Source: an uncultured delta proteobacterium
GTDB lineage: Bacteria; Desulfobacterota; Binatia; Binatales; Binataceae
DNA length: 64,000 nt
Direction: 5' to 3'
NCBI GenBank assembly: GCA_963850125.1
Contig: CAWKKB010000005.1
Coordinates: 35,807 to 99,806 of the forward strand
Part shown: in pieces, positions 28,693 through 39,311 of the stretch
How the letters are laid out: each line of letters starts with the position of its first letter
Numbering within the stretch: the first letter of the stretch is position 1
Program-made: the position numbers and the translations under genes
The notes under the pieces: generated by a model
The model's input: only the letters and a program-made list of their open reading frames with translations
Told to the model about the DNA's origin: nothing
Database searches by the model: none

Positions 28693-30261
28693 ATGGCTCT
28701 ACAATGGTGGCAGCGCGCCGTCTTCTACCAGATCTATCCGCGCTCGTTTGCCGATTCTAACGGCGACGGCATCGGCGATCTCGACGGCGTCACCGCGCAT
28801 CTCGACTATCTGGGAGCGCTCGGCATCGACGCCATCTGGCTGAATCCGATCAACCCGTCGCCGCTCGACGATTGGGGCTACGACGTCAGCAACTACTGCG
28901 AAATTCATCCGGACCTCGGCGATCTCGCTGCGTTCGATCGCCTGCTCGGAGAGGCGCACCGGAGTGGCATCCGCGTGATCGTCGACCTGGTGCCCAACCA
29001 TACTTCGAATCAACATCCGTGGTTCATCGAGTCGCGCGAGTCGCGCAGCAATCCAAAACGTGGTTGGTACATCTGGGTGCCCGGCACGCCCGATCGCGCG
29101 CCGAACAATTGGGTGAGCACCTTTGGCGGTCCCGCGTGGAAGTACGACGCCGCCACCCAGGCTTGGTACCTGCATACGTTTCTCGAGCAGCAGCCCGACC
29201 TGAATTTTCGAAACCCCGAAATGGTGGAGGCGATGCACGACGTCATCCGCTTCTGGCTTGATCGGGGCGCCGACGGTTTTCGCATCGACGTGATCGCAAG
29301 TCTCATCAAAGATGCCGAGCTGCGCGACAATCCGATACGCGCCGAGGCCGATCCTCACATGCCCGGGCATGGGCAGGGAACGATGGATCCGCTTTACAGC
29401 ACCGATCGGCCCGAGGTCCATGACATCGTTCGGGGATTTCGCCGCGTCGCCGACCGATACGAGCAGCGGATACTGGTCGGTGAGACCTGGCCGCGCGATC
29501 AGGCACGCCTGGCCGATTACCTACGTCCCGACGAGCTTCAGCTCGCGTTCAACTTCCGATTTCTGCTTGCGCGCTACGACGCGCGCCGCTTCCGCGCCGC
29601 AATTGAGCTGACCGAAAAATCCTTCGGACCCGGCGCGTGGCCGACCTGGACGCTGTCGAATCACGACTTCTCGCGGCATATCTCGCGCTACTCGCGCGAT
29701 GGCGACGGTGAGGCGCGGGCGCGGGTCGCAGCGGTGATGCTGTTCGCGCTGCGCGGCACGCCCTTCATTTATTACGGCGAAGAAATCGGGATGCGCGATG
29801 CGGAAATTCCCGCCGACCGCAAACGCGATCCGGTCGGGCGTGATGGTTGCCGCTCGCCGATGCAATGGTCCGACGCATCAAACGGCGGATTTTCCTCGAA
29901 CCCCAACACCTGGCTGCCGTGCGGAGACTTCAAAGCCGTCAACGTCGCGCGCCAGTTGAACGACCCGCACTCGATGCTCTCGCTCTATCGCCGGCTGATT
30001 CAACTGCGTAAATCAACCCCGGCGATTGTCGAGGGGAGCTATCGCGCCTTCGACGACGCGCCGGATGATTGCCTCGTGTCCCGCCGCGATACGCCTGCGC
30101 AGCACGTTGTAGTCGCGCTGAATTTCACGGCCGAGCCGCGCGAGATCGATTTGGCCGCCGGCAAAGTCCTGCTGAGCACCATCGCCTCGCGCCCCGCAGA
30201 CTCCGGGAAGTCTCCCCTGACGCTCGCGCCGAATGAGGCCGTCATCCTCGAAACGAACTGA
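28693..30261 (+). CDS. GH13 alpha-glucosidase / oligo-1,6-glucosidase
   Basis: FYQIYPRSFADSNGDGIGDL, DLVPNHTS, GFRIDV, LVGE, SNHD, RDGCRSPMQW. Confidence 0.93.
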   Translation: MALQWWQRAVFYQIYPRSFADSNGDGIGDLDGVTAHLDYLGALGIDAIWLNPINPSPLDDWGYDVSNYCEIHPDLGDLAAFDRLLGEAHRSGIRVIVDLVPNHTSNQHPWFIESRESRSNPKRGWYIWVPGTPDRAPNNWVSTFGGPAWKYDAATQAWYLHTFLEQQPDLNFRNPEMVEAMHDVIRFWLDRGADGFRIDVIASLIKDAELRDNPIRAEADPHMPGHGQGTMDPLYSTDRPEVHDIVRGFRRVADRYEQRILVGETWPRDQARLADYLRPDELQLAFNFRFLLARYDARRFRAAIELTEKSFGPGAWPTWTLSNHDFSRHISRYSRDGDGEARARVAAVMLFALRGTPFIYYGEEIGMRDAEIPADRKRDPVGRDGCRSPMQWSDASNGGFSSNPNTWLPCGDFKAVNVARQLNDPHSMLSLYRRLIQLRKSTPAIVEGSYRAFDDAPDDCLVSRRDTPAQHVVVALNFTAEPREIDLAAGKVLLSTIASRPADSGKSPLTLAPNEAVILETN

Positions 30262-30315
30262 AAAACTGAACTCTGCCGTTTGCGCGCGGGCACCGCGGTT
30301 CATAACATCACGGCC

Positions 30316-32913
30316 ATGCACAAGCCGCGATTTTTCGATCAATTGGCAGAAGAGCTGGGCAATCGCGAGGCCTTTACCGTCGCGTTCGCCCGTGGACGGC
30401 GTGCGTTTCAGCCGGCGCACGTCGAGGCGAAATGGGCGCGCGATCGCGCCGCCAACATCAACCATATCAAGCTCGAAGTCGCGCTCGACTTCGACGCGAA
30501 AAAAATCTCCGGCACCGCGACCCATCGACTCTCGGCGATCGCCGGCCCGCTCGATCGCCTCGAGTTCGACGCCACCGAGCTCGAGATCAAAGCCGTGCGT
30601 GCCGGGGGCGAACCCGCGACCTTCGAGACCTCCGACGACAAGCTGCGTATCACGCTGCCGCGCGCGCTCGGCGCCGGTGAAGAAACCGAGATTGCGATCG
30701 ATTACGCGAGTCAGCCGCGCCGCGGTTTGTATTTCGTCGGCCCCGACGACGCGTATCCGAACAAGCCGCGGCAAGCGTGGACGCAGGGCGAAGACGAAGA
30801 CTCGCGCTACTGGTTCCCCTGCTACGACTATCCGAACAATCGAACCACCAGCGAAGTCATCGCGACCGTGCCCGAAAAATTTACCGCGGTTTCCAATGGC
30901 GCGCTAATCGGTACGTCCTCCAATGCCGCCGCGAAGACCCGGACCTTCCACTGGCGTCATGACGTTCCGCACTCCGCGTATCTGATCACCCTGGCGGCCG
31001 GTGAGTTCACGATGATAGAAGAACGCGCCGGCAACACCCCCGTCACCTACTACGTTGCGCCCGGCCGCGAGGAAGACGCACGCCGCGCGTTTGGCAACAC
31101 GCCTAAGATGATCCAGTTTTTCGAGCGCGCGATCGGCGTGCCCTACCCTTATGCCAAGTACGCGCAGGTCGCGGTCAGCGATTTCATTTTTGGCGGGATG
31201 GAAAACACGTCGGCGACCACTCAAACCGACAGCACCTTGCACGACGCACGCGCGCATCTCGACTTCAAGAGCGATCCGCTGGTGGCGCACGAACTGGCTC
31301 ATCAATGGTGGGGCGACCTGCTGACTTGTCGCGATTGGGCCCACGCGTGGCTCAACGAGGGTTTCGCGACTTACTTCGAGGCGCTTTGGTGCGAGGAGAA
31401 TCTAGGCGCGGACGAATTCGCATGGAACGTGCGCCAGGATCGCGAGGCCTATCTCGACGAGGATGCCAATCACTACCGCCGGCCGATCGTGTGCAACCGG
31501 TATCGCACGCCGATCGAATTGTTCGATCGCCATCTCTACGAGAAAGGCAGCCTGGTCCTGCACATGCTGCGCCGCGTGACCGGTGACGATCTGTTCTTCA
31601 AATCGCTCAACCTCTATTGCACGCGGCATCGCGGCGCCAACGTCATAACCCAGGATCTGCAGCGCGCGTTCGAGGACACCACCGGGCGCAACCTCGATTT
31701 TTTCTTCGACCAGTGGGTCTACAAGGAAGGGCATCCCGAAATCGAAGTCTCCAGCTCCTTCGACGACAAGAAAAAACTGCTCAGCGTCACGGTCAAGCAG
31801 ACCCACAAGACCGGCGACACGATCGCTTCGGCGTTCAGTTTTCCCGTCACGATCGCGCTGATGGACGCCGACGGGAAGGAGACCCGCCATCGGGTTGAAA
31901 TAAAGGAGCGCGAGCAGGGCTTCACATTTGCGATGGACAAGGCGCCCAAGGCGGTGCGCTTCGATCCCGAACACGACATCCTGAAAACGCTCAAGCACAA
32001 GCGCGGGCGCGAGGCGCTCGAAGCTACGCTGCGCCATGCGCCCGAAGCGATCGGCCGCGCCGCGGCCGCGCGCGAGCTCGGCAACGAGGGCAGTCCTCAG
32101 GCGACCGCGGCCCTGCGCGACGCGATGCTCACCGACAAGTTCTGGGGCGTGCAGGCAGACGCGGCGACCGCGCTCGGCGCGATTCGCACGACCGTGGCGC
32201 TCGACGCGCTGCTCGAAGGACTCAAGCTGCCGCACCCGAAGGCGCGGCGCGCAGTCGTGCGCGCGATCGGCAATTTTCGCGGCGACGCGCGAGCGGCGGC
32301 AGCCCTTGCGGGCGTCGTCACTGCTGGCGACGCAAGCTACTTCGTCGAAGCCGAGGCAGTGCTCGCGCTCGGCAAGACGCGCGACGAGCGTGCATTCGCG
32401 CATCTGACCGAGGCCCTGAAGCGCGACTCGTATCTCGAAGTGATTCGAACGCACGCGATCGCCGGGATGGCCGAGCTGCGCGACGAGCGCGCAATCGACA
32501 TCGCGCGCGATTACTCGGCATACGGCAAACCGGCGCGGGCGCGCGTGGCTGCGGTGGGAGCGCTGGCGCGTTTCGCGGCGCTGAAGGACAACCGCCGCGT
32601 CGAGATTCTCGATTTCATGGCGCCCCTGGTCGACGATCGCGAGTTCATGATGCGGATGCGTATCCCGTCCGCTTTCGCCGAGATCGGCGACCAGCGCGCG
32701 CTGCCCGCGCTGCGACGGCTGGCCGATCGCGATCTCGACGGCCGCATCCAGCGCCATGCGAACGACGCGATCACATCGATCAGCGAGGGCCGCAGCCGCG
32801 TCGAGGAAGGACAACGCCTGCGCGAAGATATCGACAAGCTGCGCGACGACAACAAGAAGCTGCAGGAGCGGCTCGAAAAGGTCGAGGCGCTCGCGCGCGA
32901 CAAGCCGGTCTGA
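30316..32913 (+). CDS. pepN: M1 zinc aminopeptidase with HEAT repeats and C-terminal coiled coil
   Basis: GGMEN, HELAHQW..WLNEGFA, YEKG; Ala-rich helical repeats; terminal heptads. Confidence 0.92.
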   Translation: MHKPRFFDQLAEELGNREAFTVAFARGRRAFQPAHVEAKWARDRAANINHIKLEVALDFDAKKISGTATHRLSAIAGPLDRLEFDATELEIKAVRAGGEPATFETSDDKLRITLPRALGAGEETEIAIDYASQPRRGLYFVGPDDAYPNKPRQAWTQGEDEDSRYWFPCYDYPNNRTTSEVIATVPEKFTAVSNGALIGTSSNAAAKTRTFHWRHDVPHSAYLITLAAGEFTMIEERAGNTPVTYYVAPGREEDARRAFGNTPKMIQFFERAIGVPYPYAKYAQVAVSDFIFGGMENTSATTQTDSTLHDARAHLDFKSDPLVAHELAHQWWGDLLTCRDWAHAWLNEGFATYFEALWCEENLGADEFAWNVRQDREAYLDEDANHYRRPIVCNRYRTPIELFDRHLYEKGSLVLHMLRRVTGDDLFFKSLNLYCTRHRGANVITQDLQRAFEDTTGRNLDFFFDQWVYKEGHPEIEVSSSFDDKKKLLSVTVKQTHKTGDTIASAFSFPVTIALMDADGKETRHRVEIKEREQGFTFAMDKAPKAVRFDPEHDILKTLKHKRGREALEATLRHAPEAIGRAAAARELGNEGSPQATAALRDAMLTDKFWGVQADAATALGAIRTTVALDALLEGLKLPHPKARRAVVRAIGNFRGDARAAAALAGVVTAGDASYFVEAEAVLALGKTRDERAFAHLTEALKRDSYLEVIRTHAIAGMAELRDERAIDIARDYSAYGKPARARVAAVGALARFAALKDNRRVEILDFMAPLVDDREFMMRMRIPSAFAEIGDQRALPALRRLADRDLDGRIQRHANDAITSISEGRSRVEEGQRLREDIDKLRDDNKKLQERLEKVEALARDKPV

Positions 32914-32928
32914 AGGGGAGCGATCGCG

Positions 32929-33789
32929 ATGGAGAGTGAAAAGAAAATCTCCGTCTGCCTGACCTTCGACTTCGACGCCATCTCGTTGTGGATCGGCGGA
33001 TTTCGCGCCAGCTCGCTCAGCGCAATCTCGCGCGGCGAATTCGGCCGCGTCGGCGCCGATCGGCTGATTGCGATGATGCGCGAATGGGGAATTCGCTCGA
33101 CCTGGTTCATCCCCGGACACAGCGCCGAGACCTATCCGCAAATTGTCGAGCGGCTGGTGGCCGACGGGCACGAGATCGCAAATCACGGCTACCTGCACGC
33201 GCATCCGAAGGGCCCCGAGGACGAAGCCGCGATTCTCGATCGCGGCAACGAAGTGCTTACGCGGATGACGGGGCGACGCCCAGTCGGCTACCGTTCGCCC
33301 GGCGCCGGGCTCAGCTACAACATGGTCGACTTGCTGCGCGATCGCGGCTTCCTTTACGACTCGAGCCTGATGGGCGACGACTTCTCGCCCTACTACCTGC
33401 GCGCCGGCGATCAGGTTTCCCCCGACGGTGCTTATATCTTCGGCAAGAGCATCGAGGTTGTCGAGATTCCGTTCACCTGGGGACTCGACGACTTTCCCGC
33501 CTTCGAGTACGTGACCAGCCGCGCGGGAATCCAGCCGGGGCTATCCTCGCCGTCGGCCGTCTATGAAATCTGGGCGGGCGATTTCGACTATCTCTACAAT
33601 CGGCTGGGCAAGGGCGTTTATACGCTGACGATGCATCCGCAAGTGATCGGCCGGGGCCATCGTCTGCTGATGCTCGAGCGGCTGGTACGTCACATCCGCG
33701 ACCATCGCGGCGTCCAGTTTGGCACGATGCTGGAGGTCGCCAACGCGTGGAAGCAAGCCAATCCGCTCGAGACTGGCACGCAAACGTGA
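32929..33789 (+). CDS. Polysaccharide deacetylase (CE4, PuuE/PgdA-like)
   Basis: TFDFD, HEIANHGYLH, GYRSP, YDSS, TMHPQVIGR. Confidence 0.9.
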   Translation: MESEKKISVCLTFDFDAISLWIGGFRASSLSAISRGEFGRVGADRLIAMMREWGIRSTWFIPGHSAETYPQIVERLVADGHEIANHGYLHAHPKGPEDEAAILDRGNEVLTRMTGRRPVGYRSPGAGLSYNMVDLLRDRGFLYDSSLMGDDFSPYYLRAGDQVSPDGAYIFGKSIEVVEIPFTWGLDDFPAFEYVTSRAGIQPGLSSPSAVYEIWAGDFDYLYNRLGKGVYTLTMHPQVIGRGHRLLMLERLVRHIRDHRGVQFGTMLEVANAWKQANPLETGTQT

Positions 33790-33974
33790 GCCACGCATCG
33801 CCTCTGCCTATTTACTATAGTTCATGGTCGCTTTAGGCGTCCTTATCAGCAAACTAATCATTAGCCTTCATTTCTTATCTTCTGGCTAGTCGTATTGCCA
33901 CAACCGAAGCCAAATGATATTTCACAGGAATTCACCCGTTCGACTGCCGGCTTGGGAGATTGGGGAGGTCCGAG

Positions 33975-35219
33975 ATGAAGCGCACAGGATTGTCACTGTT
34001 GTTTTTGCTGACGGCGGCCATGCTCACTCTAGCGTCGTTCGCTCTTGCACAGGACGCCTCACAAATTCCCCGGCCTCCACTGAATGGATATTACACTTAC
34101 GGAAAGCTGCGCGGAGTCACCGCGGACGAAGCAATGAGCGGGGCCACTGCCGCTACCACGGTACCGATGTGGGGATACACCATCAAAGCGACTCGCGACG
34201 ATAATACCTATTCGGGCGTGATGGTGGGACGCAGCCCATTCTTCCACGGTGCCCGCACCACCAGCATCCCGGTTGTCATCATTCCGGTTAAGTTCACGAT
34301 GACCGATCACGAAACTGGCGCACAAGTATTTGATCCTACTGCCGCCGATCCCACCTGCTCGCCTCATGGGTCAGCGGTTACGGTGTTTCAGAATTCGCCA
34401 ATCTTGAATCCGGTCAATTTCACCATGCCTTTCAGCGGGGGCATCAATGTGGGCAGCGGCGAGTACTCCGACGAGTTCCAACGCGCAAACTTCTGGTCGA
34501 GCGTGTCCGTCACGGGAAATCGCTACCACACGACGCTTTCTCCGGTCACCACTCTAGCCGTTCAATCTGTGACGGTGCCGACCGGACACGGTAAGGGATA
34601 TCTCTCGAGCGATTTCGGCACCGGGTTCTGTGGGACTTTGGGTGGATTGGATGGATCGTGGTGGGATCCCGTGGTTTTTACCGGAGGGAGCGGCGGCGAG
34701 GCTCAAACACTGATCAGCTCGTTGACCACCGCAGGAAAAATCTCTCCGACCCAGTTCCCGATCTTTCTTTTTTACAATGTGGTCATCAATCAGACCGGCG
34801 AGTCCGCCTGCGGCTCTGGTTGCGCACTCGGTTATCACAATGCGCAAGGTCTTCCGGTCCAGACCTATGGGGTAGCTGATTGGGATACCACCTTGCTGTT
34901 CGACGGCGATGGCCAGACGACAGGGAACAGTTCGGTCATGTCGCATGAGGTCGACGAATGGATGGACGATCCCCTCGGCGACAACCCGGTCCCATCTTGG
35001 GGACACATCGGACAACAGCCGGGTTGCCAGGACAACCTCGAGGTGGGCGACGCCCTCAGCGGGACAATCGTTCCGCCGGTATTGCTGAACAGCATGGAGT
35101 ACGACCTGCAGGAATTGGTGTTCTTCTCCTGGTTCTATGGAGCTCCATCGATCGCGGTTGACGGCACTTTTTCCGACAACAATACCTTCACGACGGATGC
35201 AGGCGCGCCATGCACGTAG
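33975..35219 (+). CDS. Secreted hypothetical protein with HExxE motif
   Basis: Signal peptide; CALGYHN, MSHEVDEWMDDP, GCQDNLEVGD. Confidence 0.8.
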   Translation: MKRTGLSLLFLLTAAMLTLASFALAQDASQIPRPPLNGYYTYGKLRGVTADEAMSGATAATTVPMWGYTIKATRDDNTYSGVMVGRSPFFHGARTTSIPVVIIPVKFTMTDHETGAQVFDPTAADPTCSPHGSAVTVFQNSPILNPVNFTMPFSGGINVGSGEYSDEFQRANFWSSVSVTGNRYHTTLSPVTTLAVQSVTVPTGHGKGYLSSDFGTGFCGTLGGLDGSWWDPVVFTGGSGGEAQTLISSLTTAGKISPTQFPIFLFYNVVINQTGESACGSGCALGYHNAQGLPVQTYGVADWDTTLLFDGDGQTTGNSSVMSHEVDEWMDDPLGDNPVPSWGHIGQQPGCQDNLEVGDALSGTIVPPVLLNSMEYDLQELVFFSWFYGAPSIAVDGTFSDNNTFTTDAGAPCT

Positions 35220-35251
35220 GACTTGGGGCGGTTGGACGGAGGAATCACGGA

Positions 35252-36427
35252 ATGGGGGCATCGATGCAAAAACCTAGCTTGGGGGGCCTTTGCGCCACGA
35301 TAATGCTAATCCTGCTCACGACGGCCGCCGCGCACGCGGATAGCGTCGCGGTTGTGACCAGCCTCGGCGCCCTGGGCGCGAACGATACGATCAAATGGTC
35401 GCAGTTGGGGGCAGACGCGACTACGCTGACTGCCTCTTCCGCTTTCACTTCCACCAATGGATTGACCGGCTCGGTTGTGTTGAATGGTCCGAACAGCCTG
35501 GTCGCCGTGGTATGCCCCGAGACTCTATGCAGTTGGAACGTGGCGGGCACGACAGGATTCAGTACGGGCGACAGCCTGATCTGGACGGCGGATGCCGGCA
35601 ACAGCGGCAACGGGCCGCTCACCCTGAATTTCACTTCGAAGAACGTGTCTGGCGCGGGCGCGCTCATCCAGTCTGATGGTCCCGCTCAGTTCACGGCGAA
35701 TATCCAGGCGTTCGACGGCGGCACTTCGCTCGGGTCGTTCCCTGTAGTCAGCGACGCGAGCGGCGATGCCACTTTCATCGGCGTCCTCGATAGTACGGCA
35801 GCCAACATCACGCAGGTGGTTTTCAGCATCACGAGTTGCACCGGTGATTGCAGCGACTTTGCGATTGATACAGTGTCGTTGAAGGTTCCTACCGGCGGCA
35901 CGCCGACCCCGACGGCGACCGCAACCGCGTCGCGCACCCCAACTCCTACACCAACAGCAACCGGCGGCACTCCGACGAAGACCGCGACTCCGACCAAGAC
36001 GGCAACCCCAACTCCGACTGCGACCGCGACTTCAGGAACTCGAACGGCCACGGCTACGCCGACTCGCACTGCAACTGCAACACCGACTGCTACTCCGACA
36101 CCGATAGGCACGCTGTCGTTCAGCCCGAGCACTGTGAGTTTTGGCAACAGCACATCCCCTGGTAAGAAAAGCAAGCCGAAGAACCTGACGATCAAGAACA
36201 CCAGCTCGAAGGGTTCGAAGATCAAAGTGTCGATCACCGGTGAAACGACTTCGCCGCCATTCGCGGTGAAGAGCCAATGCAAGAAGACCTTGAAGCCGGG
36301 CAAGACCTGCAAGGTTTCCGTGACCTTCACTCCGCCCGACACCAGCGCGCAGATGGGTGATCTGATTGTCAACGACAACGCGTCAGGCGCACCGCAGATG
36401 GTTCCGCTGTCCGGGACAGGGAAATAG
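35252..36427 (+). CDS. Secreted protein: beta-rich domain, Pro/Thr linker, C-terminal Ig-like (choice-of-anchor D/ASH-like) domain
   Basis: GGAGGA RBS; signal peptide AAHA; TPTPTATAT repeats; C-x8-C-x-VSVTFTP...Q.VPLSGTG end. Confidence 0.82.
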   Translation: MGASMQKPSLGGLCATIMLILLTTAAAHADSVAVVTSLGALGANDTIKWSQLGADATTLTASSAFTSTNGLTGSVVLNGPNSLVAVVCPETLCSWNVAGTTGFSTGDSLIWTADAGNSGNGPLTLNFTSKNVSGAGALIQSDGPAQFTANIQAFDGGTSLGSFPVVSDASGDATFIGVLDSTAANITQVVFSITSCTGDCSDFAIDTVSLKVPTGGTPTPTATATASRTPTPTPTATGGTPTKTATPTKTATPTPTATATSGTRTATATPTRTATATPTATPTPIGTLSFSPSTVSFGNSTSPGKKSKPKNLTIKNTSSKGSKIKVSITGETTSPPFAVKSQCKKTLKPGKTCKVSVTFTPPDTSAQMGDLIVNDNASGAPQMVPLSGTGK

Positions 36428-36465
36428 GCTGCCCGCGTATTCCCAAGAGTATCGAAATCGAAATG

Positions 36466-36502
36466 AAAAGCGGCGGGCCATCAGGCCCGCCGCTTTTGTT
36501 TT
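36466..36502. terminator. Bidirectional intrinsic terminator
   Basis: AAAAGCGGCGGGCC-ATCA-GGCCCGCCGCTTTTGTTTT between convergent genes. Confidence 0.88.
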
Positions 36503-36523
36503 GGTCGGCGCGCAGTGGTGTGC

Positions 36524-37951
36524 TTACGCGTCGTAGTAGAGCGCGAATTCGTACGGATGGGGCCGCAACCGAATCGCGCTGACTTCGTTCGCCATCTTGT
36601 AATCAATCCAGGTCTCGATCAGGTCTTCGGTGAACACGTCGCCCTTGAGCAGGAACTCGTGATCCTTCTTCAGGTTGCCCAATGATTCCTCGAGCGACGC
36701 GGGCATGCTCGGCACCTCAGCCAGCTCGGCCGGCGTCAGTGCGTAGATGTCTTTGTCGAGCGGCTGGCCCGGATCGAGCCGCCGCTGGATTCCGTCGATT
36801 CCCGCCATCAGCATCGCGGAGAATGCGAGATACGGATTGCAGGTCGGATCGGGGAACCGCACTTCGATGCGCTTGGCCTTGGGCGACGGCGAATACATCG
36901 GGATTCGCACCGAGGCCGAGCGGTTGCGCGACGAGTACGCGAGGTTAATCGGCGCCTCGAAGCCCGGCACCAGCCGGCGATAGGAGTTCGTCCCCGGATT
37001 GGTGAAGGCCGCGATCGTTGGCGCGTGATGCAGAATGCCCGCGATGTAGTGCATCGCAGTTTCTGACATCCCCGCGTAGCCGTTGCCCGCGAACAGCGGC
37101 GTCTCGCCCTTCCAGATGCTCTGATGGGTATGCATCCCGGTGCCGTTGTCGCCGAAGATGGGCTTGGGCATGAAGGTCGCCGTCATCCCATGGCGCACCG
37201 CTACGTTCTTGACGATGTATTTGTACCAGGTCAGCCAGTCGGCCATCTTGGTCAGCGTCTGGAAGCGCATGTCGATTTCAGCCTGGCCGGCGGTCGCGAC
37301 TTCGTGATGCTGCTTCTCGACGCGGATGCCGACCCGCTCCATCTCGAGCACCATCTCGGTGCGGATGTCCTGTAGAGTGTCCACGGGAGGCACCGGGAAG
37401 TAGCCGGCCTTGTTCTTGACCTTGAAGCCGAGGTTCGCGCCAAGCTTGACCGCGCCCTCGCGCCCGCTGTTCCAGTTACCTTCGTTCGAATCGATGTAGT
37501 AGTAGCTCGAATTCTGAGTGGTGTCGTAGCGCAGCGAGTCAAAGATGAAAAATTCCGGCTCGGGTCCGAAGAACGCCGAGTCGCCGATGCCGGTGGTCTT
37601 CAGGTACGCCTCGGCCTTGCGCGAGATGTTGCGCGGATCGCGCGTGTAGTCGGCGCGGGTGATCGGATCGGAAATGTTCGCGATGATGCTCAGTGTCGGA
37701 TCCTTGGTGAAGGGATCCATCACCGCAGTCTCGGGGTCGGGAATCACCAGCATGTCGCTGTTGTCGATTGCCTGCCATCCGCGAATCGACGATCCGTCGA
37801 AGCCGAGGCCTTCATCGAAAGGCGCTTCATCTTTGAACTCGGAAATCGGGGCAGTAAAATGCTGCCACGTGCCGAGCAGGTCGATGAATTTCACATCGAC
37901 CATGACCACGCCCTTTTCCTTGATCATTGCCAGTACTTGTTTTGGCGTCAT
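36524..37951 (-). CDS. glnA: Glutamine synthetase type I
   Basis: [56 protein letters not shown], adenylylation-site Tyr in DIY. Confidence 0.98.
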   Translation of the reverse strand: MTPKQVLAMIKEKGVVMVDVKFIDLLGTWQHFTAPISEFKDEAPFDEGLGFDGSSIRGWQAIDNSDMLVIPDPETAVMDPFTKDPTLSIIANISDPITRADYTRDPRNISRKAEAYLKTTGIGDSAFFGPEPEFFIFDSLRYDTTQNSSYYYIDSNEGNWNSGREGAVKLGANLGFKVKNKAGYFPVPPVDTLQDIRTEMVLEMERVGIRVEKQHHEVATAGQAEIDMRFQTLTKMADWLTWYKYIVKNVAVRHGMTATFMPKPIFGDNGTGMHTHQSIWKGETPLFAGNGYAGMSETAMHYIAGILHHAPTIAAFTNPGTNSYRRLVPGFEAPINLAYSSRNRSASVRIPMYSPSPKAKRIEVRFPDPTCNPYLAFSAMLMAGIDGIQRRLDPGQPLDKDIYALTPAELAEVPSMPASLEESLGNLKKDHEFLLKGDVFTEDLIETWIDYKMANEVSAIRLRPHPYEFALYYDA

Positions 37952-38161
37952 CGAACCCGTAACCCTCCTGGCCGCTTAACGGGGCGGCATATTTGTAATC
38001 GTTTGATTGATCGATTTCGGAATCTTTTTTTCTGTCACGAAAGCTCCGCTAACGCAACGCTAATCCTGTGGGCAACTGACGAATATTAAAGCAGCACAAC
38101 CGGCCCGAAGAAGCGCGCCTCGATTAAGGAACCCGTGCATTGTGCAACTATTTCTCCCCTA

Positions 38162-39176
38162 TCAGCCCAGCAACTTGATTACAGCAAAATAAATGCCTAG
38201 CAGGACGAGACCCATCGGCACGCCGATCTTCGCCCATGCGGCGCTGCCGATTCTGAGCGCGCCAGCGCTCACGATGTTCGGGATGATTGCCGGGTATCAG
38301 CATCCCGCCCGAAACCAGCAGCGACAAAATCGCCTCGCGCGCGCGCGGCAACGTCATGTCGTGGACCTCGAGCGCAACCAGGGTCGCATTGTCGAGCGCG
38401 GCCGACACGGTGTTGACCCAGAACAGAAGATCGTTGCTCATCTTGGTGACGTACTCGTTCGCGATCGGGCCGTACGCGCTGCTGATCATCACCAGGCCCG
38501 CGATAAACGCGAACACCTTGGCCGCCTGGAAAAAAATCGCGCCGTAGGTCTGCCCCCCGTGCGCAGCCGCGGGCGCCTGGTCGTATTCGCCCCGCGCAAA
38601 TACGCCTGCAACCATCGAGCTGACAAGCACCCCCGGAAATACCCACGGCGCCAGCAAATGGAACAATCCCATGAATTCGAGATCCAGCGCTCGGGCCGCC
38701 AGCGTCGAGAGCGGCTCTCCCAACGGCGTTAACGCCGCGCCCATCCCGATCGCGAAGCATCCCGCAACCGTCACGCGCACCCGCTGGCCGTCCGCAAGAC
38801 GAAGCAGGCCAATCACCTCGACCAGTACCAGCGCGCCGACGATCGCCGTGATGAGGCTCGAGATGGACGCGATTAGGAAGACCGAGACTGCCGTCAGCAC
38901 GGGACGTGATACTCGCCGGCGCGTCCGCTCGAAAACACGGTCGAGCCCCGGCCGCAGCCATCCAAACAGAAGCGCGGCGACGATCACCGCAACGCTGATA
39001 GCGATCGGCTCGTGCAGCGCCTCGAGCACCAGCTCGTGCGTGAAACCGTTGCCGAGCATCGTCGCGAGCACGCCGAGCGCGAGACAATAGATCTCGATAT
39101 TGTGCTCGATCGTCGTAACGGCGAGCGGCCCGAACAGCAACAGGGCGAGGATTACGAAGGCGGATGCGTGATTCAT
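38162..39176 (-). pseudogene. DUF1646-family membrane protein with a +1 frameshift near 38285
   Basis: GAALTPLGEPLS, SAALDNATLVA, GGMLIPGN; removing one base restores NIPNIVSAGALRIGSAAWAKIGVPMG...LLG* ending at 38162. Confidence 0.8.
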
Positions 39177-39311
39177 CAGCGGGCGCGAAATAACTATCAC
39201 GCTGAGGGCGTCATGTCGCGGTGCTCTCCAAAGAGAAGCGGCGGGTCCGGTTTTATCGGACCCGCCGCTGGGCGCATCGCTGCGCGTCTGCTTCTCTAGC
39301 TCCTCCCCGAG

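Noticed and set aside
31402-33204. 600-aa antisense ORF and similar long shadow ORFs (e.g. 523-2067, 52002-53405, 53618-54874, 44974-46086)
   Set aside because: They overlap well-supported genes on the opposite strand, have no motifs, and are expected in high-GC DNA
35890-36115. Tandem-repeat-like DNA that could be mistaken for a CRISPR or VNTR
   Set aside because: It encodes the Pro/Thr linker; the units are degenerate at the codon level and have no spacers
37952-38147. Sigma54 or NtrC sites upstream of glnA
   Set aside because: Candidates (GC-N9-CC; TGCATTGTGCA) have the wrong spacing
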